The position numbers were made by a program, and so were the translations under genes. Of a stretch of 64,000 bases of DNA, positions 12,371 to 25,243 are shown in pieces. Source of the DNA: Mobula hypostoma (taxonomy: Eukaryota); assembly GCF_963921235.1 (NCBI RefSeq), contig NC_086097.1, positions 14,074,001-14,138,000 of the forward strand, written 5' to 3'. The notes under the pieces are model-generated. The model saw only the letters and a program-made list of their open reading frames with translations, was not told the DNA's origin and did no database searches. Position 1 is the stretch's first letter. Every line of letters starts with the position of its first letter.

Positions 12371-13569
12371 GGCAGCACCCTTGTGCTCAATGGAGAGGAG
12401 AGGAGGGCTTACGGAGGGCTGTGACGGACTGGGCTGCGACGGACTGGGCTGCATCCATTACATGGCTGTCTGGTCCGCCTCCGCGACGTAAATTCTTGAA
12501 ACAGCAGTTGGGAACAATTTGAATAAGAATTACCCGATAGGATAAAAGTTGATTCTTTACTTCCAAAAGCCTTGCACACACAGTGAAGGAAATAGGAGAA
12601 ATCTATTGGGATAAAGATGAAGCACTAATCTAGAATCTGAAGAAGCAGCATCTGTAATGTCCATTAAATAATCCTCAAATCTACTATTTCAAGGCTTTAG
12701 GCATGTGACACAGATGACATTTTGACCTTTGACCCGAGCATCCGACAGCATCGATCCACAGAGCTCAGAAATGCCCATGAAAGGAAAGCAATCTCTAGGT
12801 TAGCTGTACACTGGTTCTTTTTATATTGGATCAGTGTGCTTGCAGTGAAGCTGATGTTCTTTCTATATGCTTCAACTTTTGCCATTCAAGTTGGTGAAAG
12901 GGATTAAAACTTGGGATTGTTTGAATTATCTGTCACAGTAGACTGACAGTAAATACTTCTGCTATGCGTGCAATAAATTTTCATCAGCCTAATTGAAATG
13001 GATTTCCTTTACCAAAGCTAACTCATTGATTCTTAGTTTTGATAGACTCAGAACTCACACTTAAAGTGTCCACAATCAATTCAAACACAATATCAAGGGA
13101 CTTAACTGATTGAGAAGTTATTTGATAAATATTCTATCTTATTTTTCTCCTTTTTCACAGAGGTTTATTCAGGAAATCCTCAGCAATCAATGCATCTACT
13201 AAAAGAAGAGCAGTATTCATGTTAAAATTACTGTTAGTTTTAATCAAAAAATTTTGGACTGAAAATTCAGAATTTCCATCTGAAATGTCAGAGATTTCTC
13301 ATATCTGATCTCGTCAGATTAAGATGTTATAATCTTTGTGTGTCTTGCTGTGCTGGCGTGGAATTGTCAGTAAATATATTTCACCCTGTGCATGTTTGCT
13401 TGCAGAAGCTACCTTTTAATCTTGCCTCGAGCTGTGCATCCCATCAAGTAGAATAAAGATTAAGAATAATGAACATGAGAAAATCTGCAGATGCTGGAGA
13501 TCCAAAGCAACACACACAAAATTCTGGAGGAACTCAGCAGATCAGGCAGCATCTATGGTGAGGAATGAG

Positions 13570-13607
13570 CAGTCGACGTTTCAGGCCGAAACCCTTCTTC
13601 AGCACTG
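13570..13607 (-). ncRNA. Minimal type I hammerhead ribozyme motif
   Basis: Reverse complement reads CAGUG-CUGAAGA-AGGGUUUCGGCCU-GAA-ACGU-C-GACUG; the stem I closing pair is mismatched. Confidence 0.7.
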
Positions 13608-13936
13608 GAAAGGAAGTTGTATGGATGCCAGAATAAAAAGGTGGCATGGGGGATAACTAGAAGGTGATAGGTGAAGCCAAGTGGGTAGGAGAGATAAAGA
13701 GGTGGAAAGGAAGGAATCTGATAGGAGAACAAAGTGGACCATAGGATTCTATCACCTCCCCCTGGCTTCCCCCCCATCTTTCTTTTCTTTCTCCTATGGT
13801 CCACTCTCCTCTCCTCTCAGATTCCTTCTTCTCCAGCCCTTTACCTTTCCTACCCACCTGGCTTCACCCGTCACCTTCTAGCTACCCTCCTTTCCCTCCC
13901 CCACCTTTTTATTCTGGCAACTTCCCCCTTCCTTTC

Positions 13937-13973
13937 CAGTTCTGAGGAAGGGTCTCGGCTGAAACGTCGACTG
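13937..13973 (+). ncRNA. Minimal type I hammerhead ribozyme motif
   Basis: CAGUU-CUGAGGA-AGGGUCUCGGCU-GAA-ACGU-C-GACUG; stem II is shortened. Confidence 0.7.
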
Positions 13974-14721
13974 TTTATTCATTTTCATAGATGCTGCCTG
14001 ACCTGCTGAGATCCTCCAGCGTTTTGAGTCTGTTGCTTAAAAAGAGTAAGCCAGGATTGGGTTCAGCAGAAATTTTTCCCTGAATCTGAAATATGTACCT
14101 GAGATTTTAAGGAAATAAAACATTTTGGATCCTGCCTGTTAGCACCTGTAATTATTTTATATTGATGTACAGTAATAGAGGCATCTGAGATTCTCTTAAA
14201 TAGGGAAATGAATATGAAGAAAGTGGAGGGATATGGACCACATGCAGACAGAAGGAATGAAGTGTCACTAGCCTAATTAGTTTGGTAGAACATCATAGGC
14301 TGAAGAGCTTGTTCCCGAGTTGTGTTGTTTTATGTTCTATATTCTATTTCATTATTACCAATACTTATAGTCCTAATATGGGAAGAAAATCTATCCCAAA
14401 GCATCAAAAGGACAGATTCTGTGCCCTGGCATTAATACCACAGTGAAGATCATACAATAATTACAAATGGAAATTCAGTTTCAAGTTCATTATCATCTGA
14501 CTGTATCTGTATAAAACCAAGCAAAAGTGTTCCTCCAGACTATGGTGTACCCACATGCCATAAAACCATAAAATATAGGAGTAGAATTAGGCTATCTGTC
14601 CCATCAAGTCTGCTCTACCATGGCTAATCCATTTTCCCTCCCGACCACAATCTCCTGCTTTCTCCCCATATCCCTTCATGACCTAACTAATCTCGAACCT
14701 ATCAACTTCTGCCTTAAATAT

Positions 14722-15299
14722 AGTCATAGTCATAGTCATAGTCATAGTCATACTTTATTGATCCCGGGGGAAACTGGTTTTCATTACAGTTGCACCATAA
14801 ATAATTAAATAGTAATAAAACCATAAATAGTTAAATAGTAATATGTAAATTATGCCAGGAAATAAGTCCAGGACCAGCCTATTGGCTCAGGGTGTCTGAC
14901 CCTCCAAGGGAGGAGTTGTAAAGTTTGATGGCCACAGGCAGGAATGACTTCCTATGACGCTCTGTGCTGCATCTTGGTGGAATGAGTCTCTGGCTGAATG
15001 TACTCCTGTGCCCAACCAACCAGTACATTATGTAGTGGATGGGAGACATTATCCAAGATGGCATGCAACTTGGACAGCATCCTCTTTTCAGACACCACCG
15101 TCAGAGAGTCCGGTTCCATCCCCACAACATCACTGGCCTTACGAATGAGTTTGTTGATTCTGTTGGTGTCTGTTACTCTCAGCCTGCTGCCCCAGCACAC
15201 AACAGCAAACATGATAGCACTGGCCACCACAGACTGGTAGAACATCCTCAGCATCGTCCGGCAGATGTTAAAGGACCTCAGTCTCCTCAGGAAATAGAG
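14722..15299 (-). mobile_element. Rex1/Babar LINE 3' fragment with (GACTAT)n tail, nested in a minus-strand CR1 3' end (~14565-15455)
   Basis: LYFLRRLRSFNICRTMLRMFYQSVVASAIMFAVVCWG ... SFLPVAIKLYN; (CATAGT)n run at ~14722-14752. Confidence 0.85.
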
Positions 15300-16043
15300 T
15301 AAATAAATCATATACCCTATGATTTGGCCTCCACACTTGTCTGTGGCAACGAATTCCACAGATCCACAGCTCTCTGGCTAAGGAAATTCCTCCACATCTC
15401 CATTCTAAAAGGATGCATCTCTATTCTGTGGCTGTGATCTCTGGTCTTAGACTATAATTCAAAATGCATGTGAATTGTTCAACATAAGTAAACAGTGAGC
15501 AGCCCGCTGTCCTAGTGACAAGACCTTGGCAGTGGCAAGGTATTCATCAGTCTCACAGCCTAAGGAAAGAAGCTGTTACCCAGCCCGGCAGTCCTATCCT
15601 GATGTTCCTGTACCTTCTTTCCGACAGTAGTGGGTCCAAGAGATGTCACAACCACAGCTACTGTGGGGTCTATGTGCCCTGCAGGCAGTCTGCAGAATGG
15701 GTTCAACAATCGCACTCACGATCCAGCCAATTAGTGTTTCATTGTGTGGTAGTTAATTCTCTTCCTCTCAGTGCAGTCTTGTCAAACAAGATCAAAGGTA
15801 AAGCAATCTCAACACTCCCTGCTTACCATTGTCCTGGTTCCAGGGAAGAAGGCTACCATTTAGACTGACAACGCTAAGGAGCAGTATTTATTTAGTAATA
15901 AGCTATGATGGTCGAGCCGTTTTATCAGCATTAGCTTCCATTTGACAGTTCTTGTTAGCAAGCCTTGTTGGCCGAGCTTTTTATTGGTTTTATTCCCTTA
16001 CTTTCTGTACAGTTCCCACTAAAGTCAGTGAACTGTTGATTCA

Positions 16044-16187
16044 AGCAACACACATAAAAGTTGCTGGTGAACGCAGCAGGCCAGGCAGCATCTCTAGGAA
16101 GAGGTACAGTCGACGTTTCAGGCCGAGACCCTTCGTCAGGACTAACTGAAGGAAGAGTGAGTAAGGGATTTGAAAGTTTTTGTTGTT
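16044..16187 (-). mobile_element. Short Penelope pLTR insert with a 15-bp TSD
   Basis: Identical TGAACTGTTGATTCA at 16029-16043 and 16188-16202. Confidence 0.85.
16108..16143 (-). ncRNA. Intact minimal hammerhead ribozyme motif
   Basis: Reverse complement reads AGUC-CUGACGA-AGG(GUCUCGG)CCU-GAA-ACGU-C-GACU: perfect stem I, full core, GUC triplet, palindromic ACGU stem III. Confidence 0.8.
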
Positions 16188-16669
16188 TGAACTGTTGATT
16201 CACTTCAGTGTCTGTCTCTGCACTCTGGCCATAGCTGCACACCCTGTTGAGAGATTGTGGGATGGGTGGTAGGGACCCTCAACAATTCTTCAGGCCCTTC
16301 ATATACAATGCTCCCAGTAAATGTCACAAATGGGGGGGGGAGAGACCCCAGTGATCCTCTCAGCGGACTATACTGTCTTCTGTAGAATCTTTGTAATCCA
16401 AAATCTTGCAGCTTCTGTACCACATACCGATGCAGACAGGACACGCTCAGTGGTGCTCCTGTAGAAAATGGTGTTTTCTACATCATGATCGAAATTATGC
16501 CATGTTGCTTCCCAGAATTTCAAACTGGGAGTTCCCAGTGTTCTACAGTTAATACCTTCATCAGTATGTTGAACACTAGAAACGAAGTTTAAACTGTGGC
16601 TCAGGAGTTGGATTCATGCTTTGATGCTCTTGGCACGTGGAATCAAACATCTAGCCTGACAATCTAGTG

Positions 16670-17905
16670 AAAGAGTGCAGTGTGAGCTGAAGAAAAGTGT
16701 GAAGTGATTCTTTCTGGAAGGTCAAATCTGAAGGCAGAATCAAAGGTTAGTGGTAGGATTCTTAGCAGTGTGGGGGAATAGAGGGATCTTGGAATCTGCA
16801 TCCAGAGATCCCTCAAGGTTGACAAGCAATTTGAAAGAGTTGTTAGGATATGTTCATTCGTCAAGATATTGAATTCAAGAGTCACAAATAATGATGCAGC
16901 TCTATAAAACAACACTCACAACACGCTGGAGGAACTCAGCAGGTCGGGCAGCATCCGTGGAAACCATCAGTCAGCGTTTCGGGCAGGAACCCTTCGTCAG
17001 GACTGAAGAAGGAAGAGGCAGAGGCCCTGTAAAGAAGGTGGGGGGAGGGTGGGAAGGAGAAGACTGGTAGGTTCCAGGTGAAAAACCAGAAAGGGCAAAG
17101 ATCAAGGGGTGGGGGAGGGGAAGCAGGTAGGGGATAGGCAGGAAAGGTGAAGAAGGAGTAGGGGAAAGCACAATGGGCAGTAGAAGGAGGTGGAACCATG
17201 AGGGAGGTGATAGGCAGCTGGAGGAGGGGGCAGAGTGAAACTAGGATGGGGGAAGGGAGGGGGAGGGAATTACCAGAAGTTGGAGAATTCAGTGTTCATG
17301 CCCCCTGCCTCTTCAGTCCTGACGAAGAGTCTCGGCCTGAAATGTTGACTGTTTGTTTCCACGGATGCTGCCCGACCTGCTGAGTTCCTCCAGCATGTTG
17401 TGCGTGTTGTTTTGACCCCAGCATCTGCAGAGTATTTTGGGTTTATGATTAGCTCTGTCAAACACCGATTAGACCACACTTGGAGAATTGTGTTCAGTTC
17501 CAGTCACCTCATTATAGGAAGGATGTGGAAGCCTTAGAAAGGGTGCAGAGGAGAATTACCAAGATGCTGCCTGGATTAGAGAGCATGTTTTATGAGCATA
17601 GGTTGAGCAAGCTAGAGATTTTTTCTCTTTGGAAAAAGAAGGATGAGAGGCGACTTGATAGAAGTGCATAAGATGGTAAGAGGAATACATAACATGGACA
17701 GCCAGTGACATTTTCTCAGAAGTGAAATGGCTAATACAAGAGGGCTTAATTTTAAGGTGGTTGGAGGGAAGTATAGTGGGGGGGGGATGTCGGAGATAGT
17801 TTCCTCATGCAGAGAGTGGTGGATGTGTGGAACACACTGCCTTGGCTGGTGTTCGAGGAACATTTAATAGACTCTTAGATGGTCAGCTGGATGACAGAAA
17901 AATTC
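16670..17905 (+). mobile_element. CR1 ORF2 3' fragment interrupted by a Penelope insert
   Basis: CVQFQSPHYRKDVEALERVQRRITKMLPGL (ORF 17480-17671), collinear with 24450-25140. Confidence 0.85.
16912..17450. mobile_element. Penelope-derived inverted-pLTR insert with two hammerhead-like motifs (16968-17005 minus, 17314-17351 plus)
   Basis: Inverted arms; degenerate 14-bp TSD AGCTCTATAAAACA (16898-16911) / AGCTCTGTCAAACA (17451-17464). Confidence 0.85.
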
Positions 17906-20900
17906 AGGGCCTATACTATGTAACGTTCTCTGTTCTTATGTAAATGCAGAGGTGCTGATGCAATAGAAAAGCAAGCACCAGACTGGAGAGAGTAACAAAA
18001 CAGCGCGTTGTTCTCTGTTTCTGACCTACATGTATCTGCATTTTGGGTAAATGCAATTAGAAGCAAATAGTCAATGAACGACACAACGTTGGACTGAACT
18101 GAACTAAATTGAACACTCCTAGACTGTTTTACGGCTTCTGCGATTTGATGTTTATTATTTTCTTTGAATGGGTTCCATGGTATTTCTTTGCTTTGTGGCT
18201 GTCTGCGGGAAGATGAATCTCAGGTTTGTATACTGTATACGTACTTCGATAATAAATGTACTTTGAATCTTGAATCTTTGAATCTCCTCAACTATATACC
18301 TTGCTGCAGATCTTAGTTTCTTGACACTGTGACATGAATGGAAATAAAACCACTTAAAAATCAAAAATTAACTTCCCAACTAGTATTGCCCATCTTATAA
18401 TATCACATAGTCAAAATGTACAGAAAATTATTCCTTCAGCTAAAACTTGCCCTCCATTCAGTTGACCACTCTACATTTACAAGCCCAGACACCTAGCTTC
18501 TTTGTCCAAGTCTAGTGCTGTCCCCCTGCTGGAAACTGCTCAGAGCAACCAGCAGTGGGAATGTTCCATCACCCCAGAAGCCAAACAGCATCACTCCATT
18601 GTCACATTCATTGTCTGACCTACTGGTATCCCCAGCACTTTCTGCTTTTCTTTCAGATTTCCAGCATCTATAGCATTTTGCTTTTCAACTACCTGAGGTG
18701 TGGCAAGCTAACAACGGAAAGTGAAGCTTTGCAACAGCTCAGACACAGTACCAAGCTGAGAGAAATTCCATGATAAATACCTAAAAGGTAAGAAAGATAA
18801 TGAAAATCCTTATTGCAGGCTAAACCCCAGTAAAAAGAAGTACTCTTTTGTATACTGACAGGCAGCTATTCAATATACACCATATTGTTTGCCATTGTAA
18901 GAAAGTAGGGTTTGCTTAATGCCGACACAGTGCAATCTGTTAAGAAACTTTATTACCTAAGCAGGGTAGATAATGACATCCTGGATGAAAAGCAATCACT
19001 CGACAACATTAAAAGCAAAAAGAATGCGCTATATACTAAGAATATTGTCAAAAACAGATTAGTTTAAAGATCCTTATTGTCATACGATTTTTTTCATTTC
19101 CAGACAGCGCTGATCTCAGGTTTAGAGGCTCTGTGCCTGGTCGCAGCGAACAAGTGCTCAAGGGACTCCTGAGATAAAGTGACTTAAATAACCTCTTTAG
19201 GATTCTATTTAATGAAATACAGGATGGGTCACCAATGGGTTATTGGTTATCAGATTAACTGTGACCTCTTGGACAACTGAGCAGTGGAATGTGGAGTGGC
19301 TGCGACCTTGTTCAAATTACAGATTCGCATCCCACTTTCTACAGGATGATTAAGACTCTACTGAAGTGCAATTAATGCAACATCGTCAGAAAGGTGATAA
19401 TTGGAATTGTATTTGTAGCAGAATGAGACTTCACTTTTGAAGCCTTTGGAAAACTTTTACTTTGGACATTTATCTTGAAAGCCACTTATTCAACTACATA
19501 TTATCTTGCAGGATGAGCAATGCTTATTTTGTTTTAAATTGGGAATCTGCTAGCCAATGTGTAGAAGCTGGCGATTAGGACAATCTCCAAACTATTAATT
19601 TAGCAGATGTTTCTTCACTTTTAGTTGCATCTCTTAAATTTTACAGCTTGTCTAAATAGTGAAATTAATAATTGTTAAATAATTTAAAGCCAGCTCTGCC
19701 GATAATGCTTTCTTTGGAATAAAGGAGTCTAAGAGGAGGCTTAACTGTGGTGTATAAAATTATGAGAGGCCTAGAAAGGATAACAAGAAAAGACCCATTT
19801 CACTTTGCTTTACTTATCAAATGCACTTAGAGGAGGCTCGGTGTTTGCATAAGATGTTAGCTCTCTGATTCCTATCACCTGATAGCATTAATTGGTTTAT
19901 TATACTACGGGTGCTATATAAGCGCATGTTGTTGTCGTCATTGTTTGCTTGTAGTTTTTTACTGGCTGGATTATATTTGTTTATTTCCCTATAAATGCCT
20001 GCAAAAAAATGAATCTCAATATAGTATATGGTGCAATTTATGTACATTAATAATAAATTTCCTTTCAACATTCAACTTTGAACTTTGTTATCATCTTGAA
20101 TTGAGTCTTCCAGCTGAAACTGCTTAGGAACAGGATTGCTGAAGCAAGCAAATTTTATAAATGGGTAATATAATATAACAAGGGTCATATCTACTGTGTC
20201 CTGAAAGATAACCCAATGAACTTTAAAGGTTGTTGAATATGTTTTACAGGATTATAATACAATTGCAAAGTACTTGTAGTGCCGTCAGCTAAGGGATGAA
20301 GATTAACCACATCACCACGTTCCGAACCAGCTATTACCCCTCAAACATCAGGCTCTTGAACCAGGGGGGATAACTTCACTCAGCTCAACCTTCAATTGTT
20401 TCCACAACCATGGACTCACTTTCAAGGACTCAACAACTCACATTCTCAATATTAAAAACAATAGAAAATCTACAGATGCTGGAAATCCAAGCAATACACA
20501 CAAAATGCTGGAGGAACTCAGCAGGTCAGCCAGCATCTATGGAAAAGAGTATAGTTGACGTTTTGGGCCAAGACACTTCATCAGGACTGGAAAAAAGAAG
20601 ATGGGGGAGGGGAGGAAGAAACACAAGGTGATAGGTGAGACCGGGGAGTGCGGAGGTGCAGGGTGAAGAGCTGGGAGATTTATTGGTGAAGGAGATACAG
20701 GTTTGGAGAAGGGAGAATCTGAAGTAGAGGACAGAAGGCAATGGAAGAAAGGGGGAGGAGCACCAGAGAGAGGTGATGGGCAGGTAAAGAGATAAGGTGA
20801 GAGAGGGAAAAGGGAATGGGTGACGGTGAAGTTGGGGAGGGGGGTTGTGTGGGAGGGGTAATTACCGGAAGTTTGAGAAATTGATGTTCATGTCATCAGG

Positions 20901-22182
20901 TTGGAGGCTACCCAGACAGAATATAAGGTGTTGCTCCTCCAACCTGAGTGTTGCCTCATCACAACAGTAGAGGAGGCCATGGACTGACATGTTGAAATGG
21001 GAATGAGAAGTGGAATTGAAATGGGTAGCTCACTTTTTCTGGCGGATGGAGCGTAGGTGCTCAGTGAAGCAATCTGCCAAACTACATCGGGTCTCATCGA
21101 TCTACAGGAGGCCACACCGAGAGCACTGGACATAGCACATGACCCCAACAGACTCACTTATGAAGTGTCGCCTCACCTGGAAGGACTGTTTGGGGCCCTG
21201 AACAGTAGTGAGGTGTAGCACTTGTTCCGCTTGCAAAGTTAAGTACCAGGAGGAAGATCAGTGGGGAGGGATGAATAGACAAGGGAATCACGTAGGGAGC
21301 GATCCCTGCGGGAAGCAGTAGGTGGATGGGAGGAAAAGATGTGCTTGGTGGTGGGATCCCGTTGGAGATGACAGAAGTTACAAAGAATTATGTGCTGGAT
21401 GTGGAGGCTGGTGGGGTTGTAGGTGAGGATAAGTGGAACCCTATCCCTCATGACATGGTGAGAGGCTGGGGGTGAGGGCAGACACGCGTGAAATGGAAGA
21501 GATGCAGTTGGGGGCAGTATTGATGATGGAGGAAGGAAAGCCCCTTTCTTTGAAGGACAAGGACATCTCCTTTGTTCTGGAATGAAAAGCCTCATCCTGA
21601 GAGTAGATGCAGCAGAGACGGAGAAATTGGGTGACGGGGATGGTGTTTTTCCATGTAATAGGGAAAGAAGATGTATAGTCCAGCAAGCTGTGAGAAGCAG
21701 TGGGTTTATAATAGATCAGCTGTCTCCGGAGATAGAAACAGAGAGATAAAGAAAAGGGAGGGAGGTATCAGAAATGGCCCAAGTAAATTTGAGGGCAGGG
21801 TGGAAGTTGGAGGCAAAGTTGATGAAGTCGACGAGCTCCCCATGGGTGCTAGAAGCAACACCAATTCATTTGACGATGTTGTGTAGGAAAAGTTGTGGAA
21901 TTACACCAGTGTAGGCTTGGAATATAGACTGTTCCACACAGCTGACTAAAAGGCAGGCATAGCTGGAACCCACGTGAGTACCCGTGGCTACACCTTTTGT
22001 TTCAAGGAAGTGTGAGAAGAAATTATTGGAGAAATTATTGAGAGTGAGGACAAGTTCTGCCACATGGAGGAGAATGGTCGTAGAGGGGAACTGGTGGGGT
22101 CTGGTATTCAGAAAGAAATGGAGAGTTCTGAGGCCTTCCTAGTGGGGCAGGGGGTGGACATGTACAGGGTTTGGACATCCAT

Positions 22183-25100
22183 CCTGAACTCGAGGGGGAG
22201 CAATATTCTTGCAGGTAGGTTTGCTAGCATGGTTCGGGAGGGTTTAAACTAATTTGCAAGCAGGATGGGACCCGGAGCAATAGAGCAGTGGAAGAAGTGC
22301 ATGGAGTAAAGCCAGATCTAACATATAAAGAGGCTTTGAGGAAAGAGAAGCAGAATACAGGGTGTAAAGGTAGGAAGGTAGAAGGGCTAAAGTGTGTATA
22401 CTTCAATGCAAGAAGCATCAGGAACAAAGGTGATGAACTGAAAGCTTGGATACATACATGGAATTATGATATAGTGGCCATTACAGAGACTTGGCTAGCA
22501 TGAGGGCAGGAATGGATTCTCAATATTCCTGGATTTCAGTGCTTTAAAAGGGATAGAGGGGGAGAAGGGGAGGAGGGGTAGCATTACTGGTCAGGGATAC
22601 TATTACAGCTACAGAAAGAGTGGGTAATGTAGCAGGATCCTCTTTTGAGTCAGTATGGGTGGAAGTCAGGAACAGGAAGGGAGCAGTTACTCCACTGGGG
22701 GTATTCTATAGGCCCCCTGGTAGCAGAAGAGATACAGAGGAGCAGATTGGGAGGCAGATTTTGGAAAGGTGCAAAAATAACAGAGTTGTTATCATGGGTG
22801 ACTTCAACTTCCCTAATATTGATAGGCACCTGATTAGTTCCAATGGTTTAGACGGGGCAGTATTTGTTAAGTGTGTCCAGGACAAATTCCTGTCGCAGTA
22901 TGTTGACAGGCCGACTAGGGGGAATGCCATACTAGATCTAGTATTAGGTAACGAACCGGGTCAGGTCACAGATCTCTCGGTGGGTGAACATCTGGGGGAC
23001 AGTGACCACCGCTCCCTGACCTTTAGCATTGTCACGGAAAAGGATAGAATCAGAGAGGACAGGAATATTTTTAAATGGGGAAGGGCAAATTATGAGGCTA
23101 TAAGGCTAGAACTTGTGGGTGTGAATTGGGATGATGTTTTTGCAAGGAAATGTACTATGGACATGTGGTCGATGTTTAGAGATCTCTTGCAGGATGTTAA
23201 GGATAAATTTGTCCTGGTGAGGAAGATAAAGAATGGCAGGGTGAAGGAACCATGGGTGACAAGTGAGGTGGAAAATCTAGTCAGGTGGAAGAAGGCAGCA
23301 TACATGAGGCTTAGGGAGCAAGGATCAGATGGATCTATTGAAGAATATAGGGTAGCAAGAAAGGAGCTTAAGAAGGGGCTGAGGAGAGCAAGAAGGAGGC
23401 ATGAGAAGGCCTTGGCGAGTAGGGTAAAGGAAAACCCCAAGGCATTCTTCAATTATGTGAAGAACAAAAGGATGACAGGAGTGAAGGTAGGACTGATTAG
23501 TGATAAAGGAGGGAAGATGTGCCTGGAGGCTGTGGAAGTGAGTGAGGTCCTCAATGAATACTTCTCTTCGGTATTCACCAATGAGAGGGAACTTGATGAC
23601 ATTGAGGACAATATGAGTGAGGTTGATGTTCTGGAGCATGTTGATATTAAGGGAGAGGAGGTGTTGGAATTGTTAAAATATATTAGGACGGAAAAGTCCC
23701 CGGGGCCTGATGGAATATTCCCTAGGCTGCTCCATGAGGTGAGGGAAGAGATTGCTGAGCCTTTGGCTAGGATCTTCATGTCCTCGTTGTCCACGGGAAT
23801 GGTACCGGAGGATTGGAGGGAGGCGAATGTTGTCCCCTTGTTCAAAAAAGGTAGTAGGGATAGTCTGGGTAATTATAGACCAGTGAGCCTTACGTCTGTG
23901 GTGGGAAAGCTGTTGGAAAAGATTCTTAGAGATAGGATCTATGGGCATTTAGAGAATCATGGTCTGATCAGGGACAGTCAGCATGGCTTTGTGAAGAGCA
24001 GATTGTGTCTAACAAGCCTGATAGAGTTCTTTGAGGAGGTGACATGCATATAGATGAGGGTAGTGCAGTGGATGTGATCTATATGGATTTTAGTAAGCCA
24101 TTTGACAAGGTTCCACACGGTAGGCTTATTCAGAAAGTCAGAAGGCATGGGATCCAGGGAAGTTTGGCCAGGTGGATTCAGAATTGGGTTGCCTGCAGAA
24201 CGCAGAGGGTCATGGTGGAGGGAGTACATTCAGATTGGAGGGTTGTGACTAGTGGTGTCCCACAAGGATTGGTTCTGGGACCTCTACTTTTCGTGATTTT
24301 TATCAACGACCAGCATGTGGATGTAGAAGGGTGGGTTGGCAAGTTTGCAGACGACACAAAGGTTGGTGGTGTTGTGAATTGTGTAGGGGATTGTCGAAGA
24401 TTGCAGAAAGACATTGGTAGGATGCAGAAGTGGGCTGAAAAGTGGCAAATGGAGCTTAACCCTGAGAAGTGTGAGGTGGTACACTTTGAAAGGACAAATT
24501 CCAAGGCAGAGTACAAACTAAACGGCAGGATACTCAGTAGTGTGGAGGAGCAGAGGGAGCTGGGGGTACATGTCCACAGATCCCTGTAAGTTGCCTCACA
24601 GGTAGATAGGGTAGTTAAGAAAACTTATAGGGTGTTAGCTTTAATAAGTCGAGGGATAAAGTTTAAGCGTCGTGAGGTAATGATGCAGCTCTATAAAACT
24701 CTGGTTAGGCCAGACTTGGAGTACTGTATCCAGTTCTGGTCACCTCATGATAGGAAGGATGTGGAAGCACTGGAAAGGGTTCAAAGGAGACTTACCAGGA
24801 TGCTGCCTGGTTTAGAGAGTATGCATTATGATCAGAGATTAAGGGAGCGAGGGCTTTACTCTTTGGAGAGAAGGAGGATGACAGGAGACATGATAGAGGT
24901 ATACAAGATATTAAGAGGAATAGATAGAATGGATAGCCAGCGCCTCTTCCCCAGGGCACCACTGCTCAATACAAGAGGACATGGCTTTAAGGTAAGGGGT
25001 AGGAAGTTCAAGGGTTAGAGGAAGGTTTTTTACTCAGAGAGTGGTTGATGCATGGAATGCACTGCCTGAGTCAGTGGTGGAGGCAGATACACTAGTGAAA

Positions 25101-25243
25101 TTTAAGAGACTACTAGACAGGTATATGGAGGAATTTAAGGTGGGGAGTTATATGGGAGGCAGGGTTTCAGGGTCAGCACAACATTGTGGGCCGAAGGGCC
25201 TGTACTGTGCTGTACTATTCTATGTTCTATGTTCTATGTTCTA
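22183..25243 (+). mobile_element. CR1-clade LINE, 5'-truncated at the end of ORF1
   Basis: ORF1 end LNSRGSNILAGRFA..EGLN* (stop at 22252), full ORF2 region, (TTCTATG)n tail at 25218-25243. Confidence 0.95.
22388..25150 (+). pseudogene. CR1 ORF2 (APE endonuclease plus reverse transcriptase), disrupted
   Basis: LKCVYFNARS, AITETWL, GDFNFP, LDLVL, SDH, KSPGPDG, NYRPVSLTS, QHGF, YMDFSKPFDKV, GVPQGLVLGPLLF and KFADD; stops at 22501 and 24587, frameshifts at ~22560, ~24045 and ~25015. Confidence 0.92.

Larger units (their letters stand above)
13472..14038. mobile_element. Penelope-derived inverted-pLTR element (arms ~13505-13747 and ~13792-14038)
   Basis: The two arms are reverse complements of each other and match the 3' end of the long Penelope element at 20456; each carries a hammerhead motif. 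Confidence 0.85.

Noticed and set aside
19102..19190. Coding exon after a strong splice acceptor
   Set aside because: All three frames stop within ~75 nt, there is no clear donor and no recognisable peptide
20553..20590. Active hammerheads at 20553, ~49950, ~55720, ~58360 and ~60045
   Set aside because: Core nucleotides (CUGA, GAAA or NUH) are mutated; treated as decayed copies
22620..24053. 477-aa ORF as a functional gene
   Set aside because: It is a fragment of CR1 ORF2 bounded by frameshifts and a nearby stop
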